Positions 27,001 through 40,503 of a DNA stretch of 64,000 nucleotides are shown here, piece after piece (within the stretch, counting starts at the first letter, position 1; each line of letters opens with the position of its first letter). The notes under the pieces are model-generated. The model worked only from the letters and a program-made list of their open reading frames with translations, searched no databases and was not told the DNA's origin. The DNA is from Phallusia mammillata. Its lineage: Eukaryota. Location: assembly GCA_965637545.1 (NCBI GenBank), contig OZ281494.1:30318001-30382000 (forward strand), given 5' to 3'. The position numbers and the translations under genes are program-made.

Positions 27001-28664
27001 AAAAGCAATATTTATTTCGCATCTCGGGTAAAACGTTCCATTCATTGTGCGTAGGATTTCGAGAACCTTTCACGACTTAGAAGTGCTTCCAAAGGAAAAG
27101 GTTTACATATAAATCTCCACCAGCAAAACCGGGACGCCGTATTTCGTGTTTTTGTTGTTATCTGATGTCTTTCCAAGGACCCATAAGGTCCGGTACGGGG
27201 TTAGGTGTAACAAACATTTACTTACGGATAAACCCATGCATTTATTGCGTCAATTTCCTCACGAAGTTCGACGGGATAAAAATCGAGCGCCCTCTGCTGG
27301 TCAGTTGCACTGAACTCGTTCATAGAGCAGTTGAGCATTCTAATAATTTCACTCGACTCATTGTTTACAATTTTCTTTGCCGTTTTGTCGAATAGGACCG
27401 GCACTGTGATACGCCCAGTGTATTCTGTACAAAGTTGAAGTTTGGTTAGAACATGAAAGTCACTTTATTATTGTTTTACATAAGTGCGTTTAACCTCTAA
27501 AAAACTCCGCACTGTAAAATAGGCCCTAGTTGCAGTCTGTTTTGTTGGAAAGAGCAAATTACCAATATCAACCTTATGTATTTTGAGACACATTTGAGGT
27601 AAAATGACTCAATGAAAGACAAGGGCTTTTTAGATCCTCATAATATACTTTTTGACATTTAATTAAAGTACTAACTAAAAAGAAATATTCTCGCTCTGCA
27701 AATACAACAGATTAAATGTTTTGGTCGTTAATTTAATACCACGACATATGATAAAACCTAAACGTACCGGGCGCTGTTGTTTTGTAAATGTCACGCATAA
27801 ACTGGGCATCGAAAATTGGGTCCCTTTCACAACCAGGGGTCTGAAAAGAATTGATTGCAGTTTTAGATTTTCGCAATATTGATTGCATACAAAACCGTGC
27901 ATGTCAGTTGTTACCTTTTCATTAAACCTCCAACCATTATCAAGCATCAGAAAGTCAACCACTGTAAAAGAGATGGCATCTTCTAACCCTTTCAGTCTGT
28001 CAAAAAAAATAGTTCATGGGGTTAGGTTAGGCATACGCCACGAACCATGATTTGGCATATTTTTGGAAGCGACCATGATTAGGCAAATTGTATCCAAATA
28101 GCACAAGGTTTCAAAAGCGAAGCTATCACCCATGACTCAGCAAACTCTGAACTAACGGTGACGTTGCGGAAATGCTGCGCGTCGTTTGGCCGTTTTGCTG
28201 GCTGCTGGCTGCTGGCTGCTGGCTGCTGGCTGCTGGCTGCTGGCTGCTGGCTGCTGGCTGCTGCCTCATAAATTTTTCTACCTAGTCGACTGTAAACATT
28301 CTACAAACACTTGAATCCTGCTTTGGGCATTTTCTCAATTTCAAAACTGCTACAAACAAAACAAGACCTAAAAGTATATAAGAACCACAGAATAAAATAT
28401 GGCTTACTTGCGTGTGATAAGTGTACGGTGAGCCCATGGACAAGCGTATGAAACGTAAAGGTGATATCGACCATTTTCAGGCGGAAATTCTCCATCTTCT
28501 AGCAAAACAAAACAGACATCGGGTAGTACTCAAACACAGCCCCACCCATTTATACTAGCAAGGTATTTACTTTCAATATGGTTTCTGAACGCAGCGTCAT
28601 TGCGGACAAATTCTCCTTTCTTTGATACTAAACTGCTTACGTCGAGGTGCTTCTGTTCAGACAT
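24081..28664 (-). CDS. yqjG: Glutathionyl-hydroquinone reductase (Xi-class/omega-like GST, YqjG/ECM4 family), copy A, 9 exons, CPWA
   Basis: Exons 28664-28571, 28498-28408 ([18 protein letters not shown]), 27996-27915, 27840-27768, 27424-27226 (TVPVLFDK...[12 protein letters not shown]), 26811-26718 ([10 protein letters not shown]), 26614-26498 ([15 protein letters not shown]), 24826-24710 (CNKKRI) and 24182-24081 ([10 protein letters not shown]). Symbol is family-level. Confidence 0.92.
24385..24452 (-). mobile_element. tRNA-derived SINE head
   Basis: Minus strand has A box agctcagttggtagagc and B box ggttcaaatcc, with no convincing cloverleaf. The downstream tail is shared with copies near 25050 and 52730-52800. 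Confidence 0.55.
24476..24660. mobile_element. hAT-type MITE (185 bp)
   Basis: cagtgattttcaa...aagaaccactg flanked by perfect TSD ATCTTAAC. Confidence 0.8.
25047..25135 (-). mobile_element. tRNA-derived SINE head, second copy
   Basis: Minus strand reads tagctttggtagacc...ggttcgaaccccaccacag...cctacgccttgcca, homologous to the 24385 copy. Confidence 0.5.
25545..26425. repeat. About 128-bp tandem array (about 5.5 units), (A8G)n tract and terminal hairpin; Helentron/DINE-like non-autonomous element
   Basis: Unit starts ggggtaaatattggggctaca at 25801, 25930, 26058 and 26185, and contains aaatttcatccaaatcggac. A-rich tract at about 26326-26378; hairpin ccttc-agg-gaagg near 26399. The array is certain; the Helentron assignment is inference. 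Confidence 0.7.
28201..28263. repeat. Perfect heptanucleotide microsatellite (GCTGCTG)9 in GHR copy A intron 2
   Basis: Read directly from the sequence. Confidence 0.95.
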
Positions 28665-29443
28665 TCTCAAGGTTGCAGAATAGCTCAATTGTCTACGATG
28701 TTTGGTGTAAGTACTGCTGCTGCTGCTGCCAGATGGAAAAAGTAAATTGCAACAAACAACACTGAAAGCCTTCGACCTTGCGGGTATTGAACGCTGGTAT
28801 ATGATGGGCTATTTTGACACCTGATACACCAAACAACGTACCGCCATTCAACCAGCAAGTACGGTCTACACTCTACGAACTCTTTGAGCGACAAATAGCT
28901 TTATCACAAACAAAACTGCTTTGTCATTCTCCGTAGCGCACATTTTGTAGTTGAACCAGTGGTTATACGTGACTGCAAATTGCTATCTTCGTTGCTGCAC
29001 TAAATCGTTAAACTTATTATTTTGCTAAAATTAAGTTTAATTGTTCACTGTTATGCATTGTTACTATGATGCAGTTAACTCATTATGACTTAAACACAAT
29101 ACGCATTCAATTACAGATTATATTTTAGGTTCAAAGCATTTCAACTGACCCTTATACAATTGCATACAGTTTTAATGTAACGAATCGTCGATTAATTAGC
29201 TACTGAACAAAATCTATCTAGTACCTATCTAGTATCTACCTACTGATTTAACTGTACGACTGAATTCTGAACTGAAGCATCTTAACGCTACGGTTCAAGG
29301 CAGGAGCAGTGTGTGTTTTTGCCGCTGACGATAAACTCCCTCTTTTTTTCCTGTTTCGTCTGACACGGTTCGGTGCTTTTCTTCATCGCCGGACACTGAA
29401 GGGCGAAACCACACCCATCTGCTACATGTACAACGGTATATGT

Positions 29444-29962
29444 CAGGGGTGGCCAAACTTTTTTACCAGAGGGCCAAATTTGCAGCTGTCTTGCCACTGG
29501 AGGGCCGGATTAAATGAGGTTTACGTAAAATTTGTCGTAATTGGTTGCCATCTTTATTAAAATATATATTATTGTAGTAGAATAACAATAAATAACACCA
29601 TCTTGTTTACGCTTGTATTTAATAAAAGGTTTACCCACAGTATCATTTTGGACACAAAATGGCTCCATGGGCTTTATTGCGTAACAATAGGTTGGACAAC
29701 TTGTGTTTTATATAGACTTTGATGTTAGCTACTTACGTCATGGTTGGCAGACTGTTCCAAAAATAACGCTGCAAGGGCATATATTCTAAAAATAACAAAG
29801 CTTGCCACAAGCTACTGCTAGTAGCAGCCAGCGCTGTTGCACTGCTTGTTCACAGTGGTAAATATGGTGCTTGGAGAAAAACCAGGCAAGGTGTTTGGCG
29901 GGCCGGATGAAACAGGACTGGGGGCCGGATGCGGCCCGCGGGCCGTAGTTTGGCCACCACTG
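29444..29962. mobile_element. hAT-type MITE (519 bp)
   Basis: TIRs caggggtggccaaact / agtttggccaccactg; perfect TSD GTATATGT. Confidence 0.9.
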
Positions 29963-30398
29963 GTATATGTCAACTAACTTGACTCTTTCTATTCAAATGA
30001 ATGGATTATTGCAAGGAACATCAGAATATACGACCCCAGACCCTCACTGCTAAAGCAGTTGGTATGTTTTTAAGCGCTGATTCCGCTGAACTTCTTTTAG
30101 TTTTACCTAAAGAGAGACAGCCCTACAATTAAACCTAAAATCCTGTTTGTAATCTGACGTCACTAACTAAACCAAACTTCCACAAACATCATTTTTGATT
30201 TAGCACCACACAATAAACTTTGGTACCTTAAACAACACGTTTATGCTGTACATTGCTATACAAAATGGAGACTTGCAAAATATAAAAGCAACAAAGGCTA
30301 AAATGTGTTTCGAGGTGTAATATTGCATGCAAATTGAGCCATTACGGGTAAGAGGTACTGGTGACGAACGAGGAGAAAGACAAAGATGTTTGCTTGCT

Positions 30399-33004
30399 TT
30401 ATGCAATCGGAAACTTTTCGTTGCGATCATGAGGTGCTGTAAAATCGAGATCCGGGCCCACACTAACAATACCGTGAGGATTAACATGAAGATGACTCAT
30501 CTAAAAAAATATTGTTACTTGTTAAACTACCCAGTTTTACATTTTGTCTTGTTTTGATTTTTTGTATTGGGTTGGTCTTTTGGCATTGCCCTTTAATTTT
30601 TGTTGTGCAGTACGAAAACAACCTACCATGTAGTGTTTTCTGATGTGATCCATATTGATCGTTTCTCTAAAGGCAGGAATTTGATAGAGTTCCCTTAGGT
30701 AACTCCAGATATTCGTGTAATCAATGATACGTTTCTTGTTGCACTGCGACAAACAGATAAGAAAAGTTAAAAAAGAGATTATTTTATCAAATACGTTACA
30801 ACGTGGTCTCTTATTTTTCATTCAATTGGAATGGTTTACCTTAAAATGACCATGGTAAACTTGATCAAAGCGAACCAGTGTAGTAAAGAAGCGTATGTCA
30901 GCTTCTGTGATACGATTTCCAACCAGGTATCGCTGTTTCGACAGCAATTCTTCTGCCTATAAAGAGACAAGCAATATCTGACGTAAGTTGACAAACTTCA
31001 GAATTTAAAAGGTGTTTAAACGCATTATTCCTGTTTAGCCTTCCGGGCCCTTATAAAACAACAGAAGGACAATAGATGTAGTGAGTGGTTTTTGAATAGC
31101 ACAACAGGTTTGTAATTGAAAATTGTAACAAAACTGCATTTGCCGATAAATATAATTACTACGTGTTCTTTTATCAACAGATGTTGTAAAAATGTTTTCA
31201 ACAAATGCTTTGAACTATCGTAATCGTATGCACTGTATTGATGGCTTTTGTAACAAACCTTGTCGAGGTTGTCGAACAGATCTTTGGCAGCTTTGTCGTA
31301 AGCTTCTTGCACAGTAGCAAATCCACAGCGATAAACTCCCAGGTTGATATTACTGTAACACAGGAGAATCTTCAAATCAGTGCATCTTGACTTAATGCAA
31401 AAAAATCACTTTAAAACATATAGCCTACGGAAATATCCAGTCGTTCACGGCGTCGATTTCCTTTCGCAGTTCTGTCGGGTAAAAATCCAACGCTCTTTGC
31501 TCGTCACTGGCACTGAACTCGTTCAACGCGCAGTTAAACATTCTGATAATCTCACTTGACTCGTTGTTGACGATCTTTTTGGCCTTTTTATCAAACAGTA
31601 TGGGAACCGACACGCGCCCAGTATAACCTAGATTAGAATGTCCAAACGAGTCAATGTTTTTTAATAATGATATGAAGGGTAATTTTTAAGATTATTACAA
31701 ACATTATTTTATTGTCAGTAAAGAAAGATAAAAACGGTAATACAGTAAACCTTGGTTAATCCAGACCGTTTGGATCAAAACATTTGTCCGGGTGAGGCGA
31801 AGATTAACCGATGTCGATTAGTTAAAACCTTTCCACATTACAAATCTTCAAGTTTAACCCGAATTAGACGAAGACCCGAACTAGCCGAATTGGGTTTAAC
31901 CAAGGTTACTGTATGCATAAATTCATGGTATAAGAAACGGCAAATTTTAGTTTAAGGGAATTTAAACGACTCGTTTAGACTAACGTAAAGCGACGACCCT
32001 TTTGTCTAAAGTCATATTTTGGTCTCAAATTTCATATTCGTATTACTGTTATCTTACTCACCAGGAACCACCTTTTCATAAATATCACGCAACCACTGTG
32101 CGTCGTAAATTGGATCCTTCTCGCAACCAGGGGTCTAGCAAAATACGAACCACGATAAATCAATCGTAAATTAAAAACACACCCGTTTGATGCTGTTTCA
32201 AAAATGGGCAACACAATAACTGCTTACCTGGTCATTAAACCGCCAGCCCCTTTCCAACATTAAAAAATCGACCACTGTAAAGGTGATCGCATTTTCGAGT
32301 CCCTTCATTCTGTTGAGATATACAAAAGACAAAACATTGACCGAGGTATTCAAAGTTTGATTTGCCGTTACCGAGCGTGTTTACAGACGTGCGGTTAACA
32401 ATGAAACACGGACCCAATCAACACTAACTTTAAAGCTTTATATGTTGCGTTCAAATTTATCTGACTTTTGTTCGGATAATGGTGCCCTTTATTGTCAGTG
32501 ATATGAGCAAAAGCAATTGAAAGCCCTGCATATAGCAAAAATATTCGTTGAAGTAATAAAGCGATATCAAAAACCCTAACCTGCATTTACATTGCAGCAT
32601 AATGGATATCGATTTAAGAAAATAACATCTGTTTTTATTGTGGTGCCAATTTCCTGTTTACCAGATCGCTTTGTGCAAGCAAACATTTTGTTTTAGATTC
32701 TCAATATTATTTTGCTTACTTGCGTGTAATAAGCGTACGATGAGCCCATGGACAAGCATAAGAAACATACAGATGGTAACGATCACTTTCGGGAGGAAAT
32801 TCTCCACCTTCTACACAAAAGAATGGCTGGTTGCATGGTGCTGTTTTTGATTATACGCAAGTAGGCTTTTAACTGACTATTTTGTTGTATAACATTGTAG
32901 CGTAGTTTAAACCGAAATCCTTATTACGTACCTTTAATTTCGTCTCTAAAGGCAGGGTCCGTACGCACGAATTCCCCTTTTTCGTTCATCGACGGTTTTG
33001 ACAT
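30399..33004 (-). CDS. yqjG: Glutathionyl-hydroquinone reductase (YqjG/ECM4 family), copy B, 9 exons, CPWA
   Basis: Exons 33004-32932 ([14 protein letters not shown]), 32810-32720 ([18 protein letters not shown]), 32309-32228, 32134-32062, 31627-31429, 31352-31259 ([10 protein letters not shown]), 30956-30840, 30743-30627 and 30500-30399. Intron positions are identical to copy A. Confidence 0.92.
31743..31911. mobile_element. Tc1/mariner-type MITE with TA target duplication
   Basis: TA|cagtaaaccttgg ... ccaaggttactg|TA. Related copies at about 2420-2515, 20655-20825, 46980-47187 and 60568-60720. Confidence 0.75.
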
Positions 33005-34057
33005 TTTTACAGTTGCTGAAACACTTAGTTGTCGACTCACAAGTGCAGTGTAAAATCCGCCTCCAGCAGAAGCAAACTTTCTTAAATAACTGACTTTATC
33101 TCCTAGCATCGAAACCTAATCTAGCATAATAGTTAGTTTTGGAGAATAACGCATTTTGTGTCAACAACCAGCATGAAAACAAACACATTTGTAACATTAT
33201 GAAAACCGAAAACCAGCTGCTCGTTTTTCAAAAATGTGTATTGGGCAACGAAGCAGAACAGCGGTACGAAAAAGGTTTGGCACCATAGATAGGACTAAAC
33301 GTTTCTACTGTAACGTCCAACTGTGTTTGCCCATATGTTTTACTATATTTAATATAGACAATACAATAAACCACACTAAATACCAGAACGCATAAGCTTT
33401 AGTGTCTTAAAAATAATGCTATCAATACCAAACACAAAACTTGATTTTTGCAGTCACACTAAATGCTCTGCAAAACGCATTTAGAAAAACTCGGTTCAAA
33501 TATGATGAACTTGCAATGTCTTAAGTTAAGCAGCTGTACGAGGTGTTTAAAATAACAAAAAAGCAGCTGTAAGATACGAATTATTACTGCTACGGTCCAC
33601 AGCAAAACATGTTATTAAGCTGAACCGTAGCTGCAAGACGTGTCTGTCCAGTGAATACAACCACAACTTTCAAAACGCTCTGCCCTGCTATGTCCATGCG
33701 CCACGCGCGCACACACACTTCGAAACTTTCAAAACACGCCATTTCTTTCGCGTTGTGCGACGCCGGGTTTGCCTTTTTTTGTGCTGCCATGAAACACGAG
33801 ACCATTATTATTTTGAACACTTTTGTTCGCTCCTTTTTTATTTGTATTTGACGACTAAACACCCAAAACTGGACGTTGTTGTATTATATATAAGTACGAC
33901 AAAAACAGCGAACAGTTTTTTGTTACAAAACCACAAACTGAGTGTAGATATACAGCAGGAACGTGCCTGTTCCATAAAAATTACTTTATTAGTACTGCAA
34001 ATGGGTTTAAAAATTGTATTACAATAAAGCCAATGGAATAAATTGGAACAAAACATC

Positions 34058-37000
34058 TTAAAAAATGGGAAACTTTTCGTTGCGATTGTGTGGTGCATTG
34101 AAATCCAGATCTGGTCCAATGCTTACTATGCCGTGAGGATTAACATGAAGGTGACTCATCTAGAAAAAAAGAAAGCAATATTTTCAAAAACAAAATCATC
34201 TTACTTTAAACCAAACTTTTAAATGAAGAATGCCGCTTGCATGTATTATACAGTTAGGCCCACATGTTGCTTTGTATTATGTAATGCTTCGATTTGCTCA
34301 ACTCAACTCATTATTAAAAATGAGAAATATTTTGTAACCTACCATGTAGTGCTTTCTGATCTGGTCAATATCGGTTGTCCCACAGAAGGCAGGAATTTGA
34401 TAAAGTTCTCTGAGGTAGGCCCATATGTTGGGATAATCTATGATGCGTTTCTTGTTGCACTGTAAAAGGCGATGTGTTAAAGGCAATGAAAATTTTTGCT
34501 ACACGATTTTACAGGGCGGGCTGCAACGGATTGACGAAATTGGGTTGCTCTTACAGGGTACAGTTAATATGAACAAACTCCAATACTGATAAATATGCAG
34601 ACCAACTAACAAAGCATACTGTTATATAAATCTTATAAGTATACCAGACCCTTTAAAGACGTTATACCAAATCTGTCGGTCCTTCAACATTAATTTAGGA
34701 AACAGTAAGTTATCCACAACTGCTAGTTTTTGAATTAAATGAAACTAACAACCAAAACGCAAAATAAATTTGCTGTTTGGTAACAGACCACGCATTTTAA
34801 CTAACAAAGGATACTCCTACAAAACAGGATAACATTGAATGTTCCTATAGTGGCGTCACACGTCCGTAACAAGTCACAGCAATAAATCATGTAAGTTTAG
34901 TTTTTTTTGCCTCGAAACGTATTGTTTGTTTTTTAGGACCGTATTACCTAAACTTGTAAGCAATATATCTGTCAATACCCTTACCTTGAAATGACCGTGA
35001 TAGACTTGGTCAAAGCGGACAAGGGTTGTGTAAAAACGTATGTCGGCTTCGGTAAGACAATTTCCCACCAGGTAACGTTGCTTTGACAGCAATGCTTCCG
35101 CCTGAAAAGGCAACGAAAAATGTAAGAACTATTGTTTCTTGATAAATGGTTTTTAAAGGTTTTAATGATTTTTTTATACCGGTCCCTTTGCCATTATCTC
35201 TAGGACTCGCGGTACCGAAGAAACTGCTTCATGGAGCCAGGGACCTCGGGCCCCGTTTGAGAACCGCTGTGCCAAACCCTTGTGACATTTAAACCAATCG
35301 GCAAGATAAGGCAATTACTTTCTTTACTGTGTTCACCCGACCAATCAAAGTTTTGTAAATTTTAGGACATAATTTTAATATACAACACGATTAACGAGGC
35401 TTGTTAGAACAATTTGTGATTAAAAACTAACTTTGTCGAGATGTATAAACAGATTTCGAACAGCTTGGTCATAAGGTTCCTGTGAAGTTGCAAAACCACA
35501 GTTGTACACTCCAATGTTGATGTTGCTGTAACGAATCAAAAACGATTATAAAGACGACTTTTGGGTTGCTTCAGTATTGAACTGAGTTATGAATTTTGAT
35601 GCTGTTTTTAATTCACTATTGTTTTGCTTAGTGCAAGGGTTCCCAACCTGTAGTACGCGTACCACTAGTGGTACGTGAAGGTTTTTTAGGTGGTACGCGA
35701 ATAACAAAACCTGGATTCACAACTTTACATTTTGTTTACAGTAAACAAAAATCTCATTCAATTCAGTTGTGGTGCTTTACAGTTATTTTAGTGGGCCAAT
35801 ATTCTTCTTCAGAATAAAATATGATTCGATCAAGTTAGTTAATTGTTCTGCAAGAAGTGGTACGCGTGGCAGTACAGAGCGTCCAAGTGGTACGCGATCG
35901 AAAAAAGGTTGGGAACCCTTGGCTTAGTGCAACCGCCCTGTGTTTACCAGGTTGTGGGTTCTAATCCTGACTCGGCCTCTTGTGTTACCCTGGCAGTTTG
36001 ACCGTATTGTACAGTCCTGTGATGTCGATTCACGAAGCATAAATCCATTCATAATATTGAATGACGTAAGTTCTGCTTCACTTACGGAAAAATCCATGCG
36101 TTAACGGCGTTGATTTCTTCACGTAGGTCACTGGGATAAAAATCTAAAGCTCTTTGCTGCTCGGTAGCACAGTACTTGTTGAACGATTGATTTAAAATGC
36201 GGATAATCTCACTTGATTCGTTGTTAACAATTTGTTTTGACTTTTTGTCGAATAGAACTGGAACTGTGATGCGGCCATCGTAGCCTAAAACATGTACACA
36301 ACAACATTACAGAGCAGTTTTTGCAACATGTGCTGTACTGTAGCAAATGGTTTATGTAGGCCCTACATTGTAGGGGGATATGCAGCAATCGATAGTAGGA
36401 AAAAGAGTCAGAACCGAAAGTTCAAACCGAAAACTCGACCCACATTTGATCCTGAAGTTGATAAATTGGGATACAACTGAGACTGAGTGAAAAATCAACC
36501 CCGAATCAAGCCAATTTGTTTCAAACTTAGGTACAAATTATGTCCGAACCTTGCCTAAATAGAACCCCATTTACAATTGCAAATACGCGTGCAATGCCGA
36601 ATCACCTCAGAGTTTAAATAATTTAAGGCCATGTTGTTTGCCAACATTTATTCTTATTCTATGTGCAGCCATTTTATGCCTCATTAAAGCATTTTTCATG
36701 GCAGACCTATTTGAAGCCAATTAAATAACGCATTATGTAGTTCACAAACATAGTAATCATTTATTACCTGGTGCCACTTTCTTATAAACATCTCTCAAGT
36801 AATCTGCACCAAATATTGGGTCTTCTCCACCAGGCGTCTAGAAAAGCATTCCCGCGGGTAGTGCTAAAACAGGTTATGAAAAACAATATTTACCTCTTTG
36901 TCAAATTTCCAACCTTTTTCGAATTTTAAAAAATCCATTACTGTAACAGAAATTGCCTCTTCGAGCCCCCTTAATCTGCAAAACGAAGCACATTTAGGCT

Positions 37001-37472
37001 GACCATGACTTGCTATAATAACCAAGACTGTATGGTCATAATACTAGCTATAATGTTATACTTTAAATTCCGGCAATAAAGATGTGATAAATAACGTAAA
37101 AGTTCAGAAAAACTGCAGACCTGCGCATGACCAAAGTGCGATGTGCGAACGGACAGGCAAGTGAAACGTAGAGATGGTATCTACCACTTTCCGGTGGAAA
37201 CTTTCCATCTTCTGTCACAAACCCATCATGTTACATATGTATTTTGACAGTACTTTCACTCTGCACTGCACTATTCAATTTAAGTTAAAATTTAGGACAC
37301 AAAATTTATGTGCACCATCTAAAACTAAAGCCTAATTTGCCAGAGACGGTATTATTTACATTTTACTAAACAGCAGTTTTTGTCACGAAAATACGTCTTT
37401 CATGTTCTTATTACAACCTTGAATCTGATTTCTAAACACGGAGTCGTCGATGTTAAGAGTCTTCGTTGACAT
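34058..37472 (-). CDS. yqjG: Glutathionyl-hydroquinone reductase (YqjG/ECM4 family), copy C, 9 exons, CPFA variant
   Basis: Exons 37472-37418, 37211-37121 ([18 protein letters not shown]), 36975-36894, 36837-36768, 36284-36086, 35525-35432 ([10 protein letters not shown]), 35101-34985, 34459-34343 and 34159-34058. All phases are compatible. Confidence 0.9.
35634..35921. mobile_element. hAT-type MITE (288 bp)
   Basis: TIRs caagggttcccaacct / aggttgggaacccttg; perfect TSD GCTTAGTG. Confidence 0.9.
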
Positions 37473-40400
37473 CTTCGTAGTCGTCTTGAAACTTGGATGT
37501 TTTGCAAATCTTGTCAAACCTTTTGAATCAAAAGACAAACACCTGGAAGTCAGAAGAAACACGCGGCCTACCATGGAAGTGTACTCAAATCTAATCAACA
37601 CGGTGACAAAGACGAAACCCAATTATCCCACAATTATGCTTATCTTTGGTACAGTTTTGATACTCACTGTTTTCCGAAGATTCATAGTACAGACACAACA
37701 AACAAAATGAAACATTGCTTTTGTGGAACCTCTGCCTTAATGCAATTAGCCAGCATGCGTGCAGAGACGCAACAGACCGGAACGCTTGCAACTATTAGAG
37801 AAAGGACAGAGGCTACTGAAACGACTGCGACCACATGCAATTTTGTGTCATATGGTTTGGGTCTGTTTTTGCATGGATTGAATTATGTCTAAGCTATGTC
37901 ACTGTAAAACATGCACCAGCCTGTACTTTTGTCGTAACCCTTTACGCTTTTATTCATGGAAAATTTGATAACCTGCTGTTTGGCCTGTAGAAGAAAGCTA
38001 CATAAAAAGCTGTTAAAGACACAAAAAACGGTCATAGTGTTCTATATTTTACAATACAAGCTGTCTGAGTACCTACTGACTATTTAAAATTGAACTTTTA
38101 CTGATATACTTATCATTAAAATGCTCTATTATTACTTCTTCACTGACATGTTTTGTTGACGAGAGCTGTGTGGATAAACACACGCAATGGCCCCACCCCA
38201 TTGAGGCGAGGCACGTACAACCTTTTTCTTTTGCTATTCGGGTTTGCAAGCAATGGTTGACAGTTATGCAGCAATATGTGTGTGGCTTATAGACATGTGC
38301 GTAAATATCGGAAAACTTGGCTGGGGGCGAAAAAGATGATTTTGCAATGGTCTAATTCCCTGCATAAAAGTGGCACTCGAAATCACGGCAGATGTATTAT
38401 TTAACAGCACAAGTGCAATCCTAATCTTTGCTTTCTAAACACGGAATATAAGACAGTTGGTAAACGAAAATAAAATTTCGGGAAAGCAGGTTTATTGCTG
38501 CTACACCTTTTTTCTTTTCTGTGGTTTAAAAGTTGGACCTTCCCACACACAAATCCCGAGTCGAGTTCTTTGCGTGCATACCGGCCGGGAGCTATCACTT
38601 CTCGGCAAGAAGTGTGTGTTTCCAGCAATCAAGCAAAGAAACGAAAAATTTCTATCTGCGTGATTACATTGCCTTTATCATTAAAACTGGTGTTTTGAAG
38701 GAAGAAAAGCGGATGTTGATGTGCTAATTGCTATCAAGTTTATGTGGAACAGTTCATAAAATTTGATTAGGACATGTTTACCAAAGTTTTTAGCATTACT
38801 TATGGTGTTATGGGCTTGTTGGTAATCATTATAACATAACATAAGTTTCTATTTAAAAAAGGAACTGAAGAAGTCAAAAACTTTGGTGAAATATCTGTTC
38901 TGTGCAAATATTGTGTGTGTCGGTTGATTTAGTTTGGCCATGAGTTTTATGCATTGGATTTTGAATCATGTCTACGTAGATAACAGCAATCAACGAAAAA
39001 CTGTAGGGGTTAACTTAAACCATACTTAATTAGTAACGTTGTGTGAGTTTTATGATTGGCCACATCGTAGTGTTTCCGTGTCAAAAGTCCTAGAAAAACT
39101 GCTGTGCATGCTTCCAAACTGTTGTGCATGATTCCAGAACATCGGATGGGCTTTAGCTGTTCACGCCTACTTACTAATTCCTTTGGATTTAGCGATGAAT
39201 GGCAGAAAAACTGATTGCTTTTCACTACAGACAGTCAAATTGGAAGTAAGTATTACACAATAAATTCTACGATTTTAAGCAGTTTACCAGCTCTTATTCA
39301 ACAGTACATTTAACAGGTCCCATTTGGTATAAAAGGAGCCCTTGTCGCAAGTTAAACTATAATGCAAAAGAAAAGACAACAAAACGAACTTACCATATTT
39401 TTAAACATGGGTGGCGTGGCATAAACAAAACTGTGTGTTGTTAAAATGTGGCTTGTTTCCTACGAACTAATTTAAATCGAGTTAGGTTAGGAGGGTTTTG
39501 GTCTGTAACTCATGAAGTATGTCTGTCTGGTATGCGACACATTAGTGCAATACACTGCCATATACTTAAACTTTTATCATTGTCAAAGCAAAAACTGCTC
39601 GCGAGCCTGGAATTAACACAGGAAGTCATGCATTTGAATGGAAGGCAGGATTGCCCTCAACAACAATCGGTTTCTAAACTTTCGAAGAGTGCTGGTAATT
39701 TTCCTAAAACGAAACCATGGTACTTCAGCAAACAGAAAAATGCGCATTCTAACCGGGACTTTGCAGTTATATAGCGTCCGATCTATAGGGATGACGCATT
39801 GCACGTATAGTTGGCCGGCGGGATTAAAACGAGGCCATAATGAAGAAATTTTCCTGCATACGGGTTGTCGATGCGCGCTGTTCCGAACATGCTGACATAT
39901 GTTCCATACGCGTTGTGCCACTATCAGAATACAAGGAAAATATGTACTAGCAAAAGCAATGTATTTGCTTGACGTGAATGCAAAAGAAAGTAGATCGTTA
40001 GTAAGTTAGTTTATTTGTTACAAATCGGTGATAGAATAAGAATATGAAACAATATAGTTATCTGTAATTGGAGGTAAGGGCGACAAAGCATAAGATTTTT
40101 AGTAGGCCTGTTTATACGAGGTATACTTTAGCATCTGGGGCTATGTCCATCAGTCATAAAAATGTAAATGAAACTATTTTTGTAATGAATCATTGGTAAA
40201 ATTAGGCAACGTTGCAAAAAAGGCAGGTTTCCGTAACACGAGGGATTGACAAAAGGTTTACAGGATGTTTTAAGTCATTTTCACGTGCAGTATGTTTCGC
40301 GGAGCCACCCTCAAACTTTTTGATTGATTTGAAAATGATTTGAACATGTTGTGACTAAGTTTGAAACAGGAAAACGTTTTGTCGGGATTAGCAATGCAGT

Positions 40401-40503
40401 TGTATGGAAGTTATCATAGTCTTGTATGTTATTCACCCTATGTGCTGACTTTTGTGCAGTTGCTTGTTAATGGAGTTTAGACTATTCGATGCTTAGGAAC
40501 ACA

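Noticed and set aside
33235-33355. Peptide FYCNVQLCLPICFTIF resembling the piggyBac C-terminal Cys-rich domain
   Set aside because: Lacks the full cysteine set, and I found no adjoining transposase or TTAA-bounded ends; too weak to call.
39613-39921. Protein-like minus-strand frames (WHNAYGTYVSMFGTARIDNPYAGKFLHYG...) after an acceptor-like site
   Set aside because: No family recognised and no partner exon found; the duplication boundary at 39905 cuts through it.
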